From an archaeon (GTDB lineage Archaea; B1Sed10-29; WALL01), in contig JBHOSQ010000014.1 in the NCBI GenBank assembly GCA_042584585.1, positions 1 through 21,679 on the forward strand: DNA of 21,679 bases, written 5' to 3'. The translations under genes were made by a program, and so were the position numbers. The notes under the pieces were generated by a model. That model saw only the letters and a program-made list of their open reading frames with translations, ran no database searches and had not been told where the DNA came from. Below, piece after piece: positions 14,982 to 21,679 of the stretch. Positions within the stretch are counted from its first letter, which is position 1, and every line of letters starts with the position of its first letter.

Positions 14982-15899
14982 ATGTTACCGCCCGAGCTGA
15001 AGGCAAGCCTGATGAAGCAGCACTACAAAACAGGCAGCCACAGCGGCGTGAAGCTCTGCCACTGGACCAAGGAGTCGCTCACGTCTGGCAGGGTGTGCTA
15101 CAAGGAAAAGTTTTACGGCATCAAAAGCCACCGGTGCCTGCAGATGACGCCGGCCGTAGCTTGGTGCCAGCAGAAATGCGCATTCTGCTGGAGGCCGCAT
15201 GAGGTTAATGTGCCTGCCCCGGAATGGGACGAGCCGGAACAAGTGATTGAGGAATGCGAGGAAGGGCAGCGGTTGCTGCTGACCGGTTACGGCGGGAACG
15301 AGGAGTGCGACAAGAAAAAATTGGCGGAGGCGCAGCAGCCGAACCAGGCCGCGATTTCATTAGCCGGCGAGCCGACGCTTTACCCGAAAATTGGGGGACT
15401 GATTGAAGAGTTCCACAAGAGGAATTACACCACTTTTTTGGTGACGAACGGGCTGCTGCCCGAGAGATTGGCGGAAATCACGCTGCCGACGCAACTGTAC
15501 TTGTCGTTGGACGCGCCGAACGAAAAAGTGCACAAGAAGACCAACGTGCCATTGGCGCCGAATTCATGGGAAAGAATAAATGAGACGCTTGAGTTATTCC
15601 CTTCGCTGGACACGAGGAAAGTAATTCGAATTACAATGGTGAAGGGCTGGAATGACTTTGCCCCGGAGGACTACGCGCGATTGATTGAGAAGAGCGGCGC
15701 GGACTTCATTGAAGTGAAGGCGTACATGTTCGTCGGAGCGAGCAGGCAGCGGCTGACGATGGAAAACATGCCCCAGCACCACGAAGTGAAAGCGTTCGCG
15801 GACAAAGTCGCGGAAGGGCTTGGCTACAAAGTGGCCGCCGAGCACGAGCCATCGCGCGTCGTGCTGTTGTCGAGTGGGGAAAAAGGTGAGGCTATATGA
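14982..15899 (+). CDS. taw1: 4-demethylwyosine synthase TYW1/Taw1 (radical SAM)
   Basis: Motifs HSGVKLCHW, CYKEKFYGI.SHRCLQMTP, CxxxCxxC (CQQKCAFC), AISLAGEPTLY and IEVKAYMFVG.SR.RL. Confidence 0.96.
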   Translation: MLPPELKASLMKQHYKTGSHSGVKLCHWTKESLTSGRVCYKEKFYGIKSHRCLQMTPAVAWCQQKCAFCWRPHEVNVPAPEWDEPEQVIEECEEGQRLLLTGYGGNEECDKKKLAEAQQPNQAAISLAGEPTLYPKIGGLIEEFHKRNYTTFLVTNGLLPERLAEITLPTQLYLSLDAPNEKVHKKTNVPLAPNSWERINETLELFPSLDTRKVIRITMVKGWNDFAPEDYARLIEKSGADFIEVKAYMFVGASRQRLTMENMPQHHEVKAFADKVAEGLGYKVAAEHEPSRVVLLSSGEKGEAI

Positions 15900-17236
15900 C
15901 AAAGAAAAAAACGGGGCTGGTGACACTCCATGAAATGCTTAAGGATCTCCAGAAGGAAATCGAAAAGAGCCCAAATGACCCGGTGCTTTGGAGCCTGAAA
16001 GGGGCGCACCACTACTCCGCGTTCGAAGAGGCGTATGATGCAAATGACATCGACACAGCAATCAAGCACTACGAGAGCTCTTTTAACTCGTACAAGAGGG
16101 CAACAGAGCTTGACCCAACGGACCCGGTCACCTTCGCTTTGCTCGGCGGGATGCTGAAGCAGGGCAGGGATTTTGAGGGAGCCATAACCCACTTCATGAA
16201 AAGCATAGAGCTTAAGCCGGCGCAGCCAATGATTCTGGCGGCGATTGCGCATTCATACGTTGAAACTGGCAACATGCAGGGTGCTGAACGTGCCGCCGAC
16301 CTAGCACTCGAATTTAACCCAAAAGAAGCCCTGGCGATTTACGCGAAGGGAGTGGTGCACGGCGCGCGCCAGGAACACAAAGAAGCCGAACAGCTGCTCA
16401 AAAAAGCCATCCGGCTTGACCCGAAACAAGACTACTTTTTTCAGTCGCTTGGGTTCCAGCTAATCACAAACGGGAAGCACAAAGACGCGAAGAAAGCATT
16501 CCTCAAAAGCGTTGAGCTAAACCCCCGGAACAATACTTCGCTTGGCATGCTCTCCGATATGTACCTTAATGAGGGAAACGAAACGCTCGCCGAACAGATG
16601 GCCGACGACGCGCTCAGGGTAAACCCCTATGAGCTCAACCCCTGGGCCTTGAACACCAAAGCGTACTTCTACACGAAAGCGGGCGACCAAGCGAAAAGCC
16701 AAAAGGCCAAGATGAAGGAATACGAAAGGGCCGAACAGCTGATTAAGGGCGCAATTCATGGACTCCCGAACAGTGTTCACTTCATCAGCAACTTAGTTGG
16801 GCTGCTGACAAAAATGGAGCGATACGGCGAGGCAGAGGGCTGGCGCAAATACGTCCTGGAAGAACTCGACCCATCAAACAAGAGGATGCGGGACTACAAA
16901 GAAGTAATCGCGCTGCAAAAAGACATTAAAGGAACCATCACCAAGTCCGAGCTAGAAAAAAAGATGAGGAAAATGAAAAAGCTCAGCGAGAAGTGGGCTG
17001 TCGGGCCACAACTCTGGGAAGTGGAAGCCCCAAAACGCCGCAAAAGAAAAGTCTCTTCCTCACCAGAAATGAAAAAGCTGCTGGAGTACCGGAAAAGGAG
17101 GGGGCTGAAGCCACGGAACGTCTTTAACCCGCTCGCGAGCGTGAGTAAATACTTCCCGGGAAGGAACATCCAGTACGAAGAAGGGCGGCGCGGCCTGAAT
17201 AAGCTGAAGAGATTACAGCGCAAGCACCTTACATGA
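15896..17236 (+). CDS. Tetratricopeptide-repeat protein with Lys/Arg-rich C-terminal region
   Basis: Repeated ~34-aa units ending in A.ELDP, IELKP, EFNP, RLDP, ELNP and RVNP. GGTGAGG SD and ATGA overlap with taw1. Confidence 0.88.
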   Translation: MTKKKTGLVTLHEMLKDLQKEIEKSPNDPVLWSLKGAHHYSAFEEAYDANDIDTAIKHYESSFNSYKRATELDPTDPVTFALLGGMLKQGRDFEGAITHFMKSIELKPAQPMILAAIAHSYVETGNMQGAERAADLALEFNPKEALAIYAKGVVHGARQEHKEAEQLLKKAIRLDPKQDYFFQSLGFQLITNGKHKDAKKAFLKSVELNPRNNTSLGMLSDMYLNEGNETLAEQMADDALRVNPYELNPWALNTKAYFYTKAGDQAKSQKAKMKEYERAEQLIKGAIHGLPNSVHFISNLVGLLTKMERYGEAEGWRKYVLEELDPSNKRMRDYKEVIALQKDIKGTITKSELEKKMRKMKKLSEKWAVGPQLWEVEAPKRRKRKVSSSPEMKKLLEYRKRRGLKPRNVFNPLASVSKYFPGRNIQYEEGRRGLNKLKRLQRKHLT

Positions 17237-18335
17237 GCTCACCCACGAGGAAGATGGAGCCGGCGACCACGGTGAAGCCGTTGGCGGAAGCGAGCGCGTC
17301 GCGCGGGTCTTCGATGACTTCGGTGTTGGGGTTAGACTTTTTTACTACGCTGTACAGGTCGGTGGCTGGAAGGGGGTTCGGGCCTTCTGTGTACTGCGTC
17401 ACGATTACTTTCTTGGCGAGCGGCGCGATTATTGAAGCGCTTTTCTCGTAGTCCTTGTCCGCCTTCATCGCGATGACGAGTGTGAACTCCTTTCCCTGTA
17501 AGTGGTTTGCGAGGGTGCGCATCGCGGCGGGGTTGTGCGCGCAGTCGAATAGCACGTTGTTGATTAATTCAAGGCGGCCCGGCCAGTGAGCGGTTTCCAC
17601 GGCGGTGCGGGCTTCTGCCGCTTGGGCTCCCAACGCCAATAACGCTTCATACGCGCACGCCGCGTTGTCTTGTTGGTGGCCGCCAGCGAGAGAAAGGGAA
17701 AAGCCTTTCGTCTCGGCAAGGATTAATCGTGCGCTTTCAGTCGCGCATTTTCCCTTGATGACTTCAAGTGCCTCGGGCTTGCGCACCGTGGTGACGACAG
17801 TGCCGCCCTTGATTATTCCCGCTTTCTCGCCCGCTATCTCGGCGATTGTGGACCCGAGGTGGCGCGTGTGGTCGAAGTCAATGTTCGTGATTATTGCTAC
17901 GGTTGGATTGCAAGTGCTTGTGGCGTCGAGGCGCCCGCCCATGCCAACCTCCATCACCGCGTACTCGCAGTTGTTGTCGGCGAAGTAGAGAAAGGCGAGA
18001 AGGGTGATGGTTTCGAAAAAGGAGAGTTTGTGTTTGGCCGCGAGGGGCTTTACTTTTTCGATGTACTCGTCGAGCTCGGCGTCGGTGATGTTTTTGCCGT
18101 CGATTTGGATTCGCTCGTTCAATTCATGGAGGTGCGGGGAAGTGAACAAGCCGCAGCGCGGCAGGCCGTTCGCGACCATTGCTGCTGTGCTGCCTTTGCC
18201 GTTGGTGCCAGCGACTTGGACGCACGAGTATTTTGACTGGGGGCTGCCGAGCTCGGCAAGCGCGTCTTGCAGCGGCTTGACCTCGAGTGGAATTCGCATC
18301 CGGACCAGCGAAGCGAGAAAAGGATGGGATTTCAT
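17229..18335 (-). CDS. folC: Folylpolyglutamate synthase / dihydrofolate synthase
   Basis: Motifs VAGTNGKGS, FTSPHL...NERI, SFFE, EVGMGGRLDAT, DH...LG.T...IA.EKAGI, WPGRLE and DCAHNP. Confidence 0.95.
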   Translation of the reverse strand: MKSHPFLASLVRMRIPLEVKPLQDALAELGSPQSKYSCVQVAGTNGKGSTAAMVANGLPRCGLFTSPHLHELNERIQIDGKNITDAELDEYIEKVKPLAAKHKLSFFETITLLAFLYFADNNCEYAVMEVGMGGRLDATSTCNPTVAIITNIDFDHTRHLGSTIAEIAGEKAGIIKGGTVVTTVRKPEALEVIKGKCATESARLILAETKGFSLSLAGGHQQDNAACAYEALLALGAQAAEARTAVETAHWPGRLELINNVLFDCAHNPAAMRTLANHLQGKEFTLVIAMKADKDYEKSASIIAPLAKKVIVTQYTEGPNPLPATDLYSVVKKSNPNTEVIEDPRDALASANGFTVVAGSIFLVGELM

Positions 18336-19900
18336 AAATGTCCTTTCTTTAGTTTTTCCTCGAAGCGGAGTTCTGAACGAAGCCTGCCCAGTTCCTCGTC
18401 GTCCATGTTGCAGACAGCGTACTTCATCGCGAGCGGATATTTTTCCTTGAGCTCGTCGTAACACAGCCGCGCGAACTCACGGTAAGAGAAATGGCCGTGG
18501 GCAGTGCTCCTAAGCTTGATTAGGTGGTACATCTCCCGCAGGTTCGCGGTCATTAAGTAGCGGTGGCGATAGCCAAGCGGCACTATGTACTGGGCGTGAT
18601 AAGGCATTTCGGAATGGAGTTCCCTGAAGAGCTCGTCAGCTGATTTCATGGCATCGTCGTACTCCTTCTGAACCCCTGCGCCCACTATGTCTGGCGGCGT
18701 GCTGTAGCCATAGAACGTCGTAAGCAGCTGGTTTGTCTGCGTGCAGATGCGGTGCCTCTGCAGGTCGCGGAACGCGCCGTAGTCAATCACGATGTCCCAC
18801 GTGAACTTCGAGTGCTCGAGTTCTCTCATCGGCCAGTCGAACTCGCCCATCTTCTGCAGGTAGCGGTCGTAGATTCTTTCTTTTTCTTCAGTGGTGAAGG
18901 ACGAGACTTTGGACTTGACTTCAGTGTAGGGCGCGTTCGAGTAGCGGTAGACCATTGCAGTGAGGAGCTTCTCGTCCAAGTCCTCAGGCGCATCGACGAG
19001 CGTCGCCTTCTGGATTTGGTCCGGGTGGATGTCGAGGTCCAAAGACGATACGTAGCCGCGCATTTCGGGCTCAGTGTCCGCCAGGTAGTCCTTCTTGCCT
19101 GTGTACTTCAGCAGAGATGGAAGTACTGCCGTGCCCTCGTCCTGCAGTGACTTTCCGAGGGCCTGCATTTCGCCTAGTGGGTGGGAAAACATCTTGTTGA
19201 TGGCGTGCTCAAGAGCCCGCGCGTTCACGGTCCAGCCGAGGCTTGTTTTCGTGCAGGTGGGCAAGAGATAGCGGATTGCGTCGAACCTCCTCGCAGCGCA
19301 CGACCTGTTCCACGCGGGCTCGGACTGGCCTTCCTCGCGGGGCGCCTGCTCTTTTACGTACTCAAGGACTGGCTCGTGCAGGTCTGTATAGGTTTGGAAC
19401 AGATTGTCGACGACGCCTTGGACTTTCGTGCCGTAGCTGGAGTTTTTCAGTGTGGGATCAATGTAGAAAGAGTCCCTGCCGAATGAGACGTAGCGAGTGC
19501 TTTTTTCTACGAAGGAAGAAATGCGGTTGTCCTCGATTACCTTGGTCGCAAGTATTGAAACGCCCTCCAAGCCGATGCCCACAACCGCCCCCTCTGCGAC
19601 GGACGAATGGCCAAACCCAAGCACCCACTTCTCCATGAAGTTAATGGCTTTTTTCGCGGCGTTGTCTACCTCTATTCCCTCGGCGTTCTCGCTGAGTGCC
19701 TTAACTAGGGAACTGTAGTTGTCGGCGTCTTCCTTTAGGAGCGATAAGAAGCTCTCGCGCATGCCCTGGCTGGCTCGGCTGTACCTGGCCTGCATCAGGG
19801 CCCATACCTCTGGGTGGAAGTTCTTCGCGAAAAAGACTGGCTGGTCAAGGTTCGTGAAAAAGTAGCTGAGTACCTTTGCCTCTTCCTCCGTGTATGCCAT
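18332..19900 (-). CDS. thyX: FAD-dependent thymidylate synthase, tandem two-domain form (522 aa)
   Basis: Motifs GFGHSSVAE, SF.EKSTRY and RYLLP...T.....N.R in domain 1; RELEH, FRDLQRHR and N.RE..H.I.LR....GH.SYR in domain 2. Confidence 0.92.
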   Translation of the reverse strand: MAYTEEEAKVLSYFFTNLDQPVFFAKNFHPEVWALMQARYSRASQGMRESFLSLLKEDADNYSSLVKALSENAEGIEVDNAAKKAINFMEKWVLGFGHSSVAEGAVVGIGLEGVSILATKVIEDNRISSFVEKSTRYVSFGRDSFYIDPTLKNSSYGTKVQGVVDNLFQTYTDLHEPVLEYVKEQAPREEGQSEPAWNRSCAARRFDAIRYLLPTCTKTSLGWTVNARALEHAINKMFSHPLGEMQALGKSLQDEGTAVLPSLLKYTGKKDYLADTEPEMRGYVSSLDLDIHPDQIQKATLVDAPEDLDEKLLTAMVYRYSNAPYTEVKSKVSSFTTEEKERIYDRYLQKMGEFDWPMRELEHSKFTWDIVIDYGAFRDLQRHRICTQTNQLLTTFYGYSTPPDIVGAGVQKEYDDAMKSADELFRELHSEMPYHAQYIVPLGYRHRYLMTANLREMYHLIKLRSTAHGHFSYREFARLCYDELKEKYPLAMKYAVCNMDDEELGRLRSELRFEEKLKKGHL

Positions 19901-20018
19901 AGAATGCCTCTTTCCACGACTAGCGTGGGTAGGCAAAAATTGAGGCGGAGCAGCAATAAAAGGATGCCGCCCGCAAGAATATAAAGCCCAAAAGAGCAAG
20001 TCCTATAGGGTGTTTTGG

Positions 20019-21266
20019 ATGGGAAAACTAAGGTCACTAGACCCGGAACTCGCCGAAGCCATGGGGCTTGAGCTGCAAAGGCAGCGCGAAAGCGTTGAGC
20101 TCATCGCGTCCGAAAACTTTGTCTCGATGGGTGTACTGGAGGCCATGGGCAGCTGGCTGAACAACAAGTATTCAGAGGGCTACCCAGGCAAGAGGTATTA
20201 CGGCGGCAACCAATTCATCGACATGAGCGAAAACCTGGCAATCAAGCGGGCGAAGCAATTGTTCAACGCTGACCACGTGAACGTGCAGCCCCACGCTGGC
20301 TCGCAGGCAAACATGGAGGCGTACTTCGCGACCATAAGCTTAGGCGACAAGATACTCTCAATTGACCTGCCGAAGGGCGGGCACCTCACACACGGCTCGC
20401 CAGTCAACTTTTCCGGGCAGTTCTACAAGATTGCGTCCTACGATTTGGACCCGGAGACGGAAGCACTGGACATGGACCTGGTCCGCAAGCGGGCCGAAGA
20501 AGAAAAGCCGCAATTGTTGTTGTGTGGCTACAGCGCGTACGCTCGAACCGTCGATTTTAAGGAGTTCGGCGAAATCGCGAAAGACGTTGGGGCCGTGTCA
20601 ATGGCAGACATCGCGCACATCGCGGGATTGATTGCCGGCGGACAGCACCCGCACCCGTTCCCGCACATGGACATTGTTACCACTACTACTCACAAGACAC
20701 TTCGCGGGCCGAAGGGCGCGATGATTCTCTGCAAGGAAGACTTTGCAAAGGCCGTTGACAAAGCGGTTTTCCCGGGGATGCAGGGCGGGCCGTTCGAGAA
20801 CATGATTGCCGCGAGGGCAGTCGCGTTCGGAGAGGCGCAGAAGCCGGATTTCAAGGACTACGCCAAGCAAATCGTGGCGAACGCAAAGGTGCTCGCGGAC
20901 GAAATGATGGCGCTTGGGTACAGGATAGTCAGTGGGGGGACGGACAACCACTTGATGCTCGTTGACTTGCAGGAAAAAGGGATTACGGGGAGAGAGGCCG
21001 AGCAGCTCCTGGAGAAGATTGACATTTCTGTGAACCGAAACATGGTTCCAAACGACCCGCAGAAGCCGTGGGTCGCGAGTGGCATTCGGCTTGGGACGCC
21101 GGCGCTTACGACACGGGGACTGAAGGAAGCGGAAATGACCGACATCGCAATACTGATTGACAAGGCAATTGTGGCAAAGAGTGATGAGGCAAAGCTATCG
21201 GCACTCAAGGAAGAAGTGCATTCCTTAACCTCGAAGTTCCCGCTCTACCCGGAGATTGATTTTTAG
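20019..21266 (+). CDS. glyA: Serine hydroxymethyltransferase (bacterial-like, THF-dependent)
   Basis: Motifs LIASEN, NKYSEGYPGKRYYGG, NVQPHAGSQAN, GGHLTHG, TTTTHKTLRGP and SGIRLGTPA.TTRG. Confidence 0.97.
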   Translation: MGKLRSLDPELAEAMGLELQRQRESVELIASENFVSMGVLEAMGSWLNNKYSEGYPGKRYYGGNQFIDMSENLAIKRAKQLFNADHVNVQPHAGSQANMEAYFATISLGDKILSIDLPKGGHLTHGSPVNFSGQFYKIASYDLDPETEALDMDLVRKRAEEEKPQLLLCGYSAYARTVDFKEFGEIAKDVGAVSMADIAHIAGLIAGGQHPHPFPHMDIVTTTTHKTLRGPKGAMILCKEDFAKAVDKAVFPGMQGGPFENMIAARAVAFGEAQKPDFKDYAKQIVANAKVLADEMMALGYRIVSGGTDNHLMLVDLQEKGITGREAEQLLEKIDISVNRNMVPNDPQKPWVASGIRLGTPALTTRGLKEAEMTDIAILIDKAIVAKSDEAKLSALKEEVHSLTSKFPLYPEIDF

Positions 21267-21490
21267 TGGGGGTTCTTAACACGCTGAACCCGTTTTCGAG
21301 TGGTGAAGACGCTGTGGAGCAGACCGCGGGAGAAGTGCAAAACACGCCACCCGCTGGGGTGGACATAACTGGCGACGGGCCCGAGTGCTCGTTCTGCGGG
21401 CAGCCCGGCTCAGACAAGAAATGGGCGGGGCAAACCTTTCATAAAAAGTGCTTGCGGAAAGCGCGCAAGATGGCCAAAGGAATGCTTTAG
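21266..21490 (+). CDS. Small CxxC...HxxC zinc-finger protein (74 aa)
   Basis: CSFC...FHKKC followed by a basic helix. The GTG start overlaps the glyA stop. Confidence 0.7.
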   Translation: MGVLNTLNPFSSGEDAVEQTAGEVQNTPPAGVDITGDGPECSFCGQPGSDKKWAGQTFHKKCLRKARKMAKGML

Positions 21491-21678
21491 TCTTCGGTGA
21501 AAATCTGGCCCTCGAAAACAGAGATTTTGACCCCTTCTTCTTTCCACGCGTTTGGCGGAAGCCCGGCCTTCCAGCACGTCGCCTCAAGGAACTCGACCGG
21601 CGACCACGGGCCGTTTTCCACCGCGACTTGTGGGAGCAGCAAACCGCTCGTGTGCTCGCTCTCGAGGATCAAGCCGTG
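21487..21678 (-). CDS. AMMECR1-domain protein, C-terminal part (truncated by window edge)
   Basis: HGLIL.....SGLLLPQVA.E..W....FL...C.KAGL...AW.....I..FEGQIF.E. Confidence 0.9.
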   Translation of the reverse strand, partial: HGLILESEHTSGLLLPQVAVENGPWSPVEFLEATCWKAGLPPNAWKEEGVKISVFEGQIFTED

Positions 21679-21679
21679 G

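Noticed and set aside
19943-19975. GGCGG...GCCGCCCGC upstream of glyA resembles a ZTP (pfl) riboswitch
   Set aside because: It lacks the GACUGGCG and CGCCUGGGC cores and lies upstream of the likely glyA TATA box.
2734-19999. N-terminal extensions given in the ORF track for coaBC, TK-C, GGR, PRC-barrel, folC and thyX
   Set aside because: They run through promoters or neighbouring genes; downstream ATGs with SD motifs or ATGA coupling fit the family N-termini better.

Overview
Gene-dense archaeal chromosomal window. Evidence for an archaeal origin includes CarS, DTD2, GGR with ferredoxin, TYW1, TATA/BRE promoters and an A1-U72 tRNA-Gln. The compact layout and basic orphan proteins suggest a DPANN-like lineage, which is an inference only. 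It carries tRNA-Gln(TTG), tRNA-Leu(CAG), lipid genes (carS, ferredoxin-GGR), coaBC, a split transketolase plus transaldolase operon, a RecJ/DHH nuclease, a rhomboid protease, a truncated NFACT/Rqc2, a PRC-barrel protein, tyw1, a TPR protein, a folC-thyX/glyA folate-thymidylate cluster and a partial AMMECR1 gene. The most unusual signals are: (i) a perfect 26-bp inverted repeat (1167-1192 / 1390-1415) bracketing the start and first ~58 codons of an orphan gene, a candidate invertible switch or long-range mRNA stem; (ii) a 51-aa UPF0175-like HTH gene missing from the ORF track, preceded by a strong promoter and a structured ~80-nt RNA leader; (iii) a membrane-anchored coiled-coil protein with an apparently inactive transglutaminase-like domain, divergent from a 651-aa orphan; (iv) a rhomboid with a ~70-aa helical insertion between its catalytic residues. 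No mobile element, recombinase or CRISPR array is evident. All calls are by eye; no searches were run.
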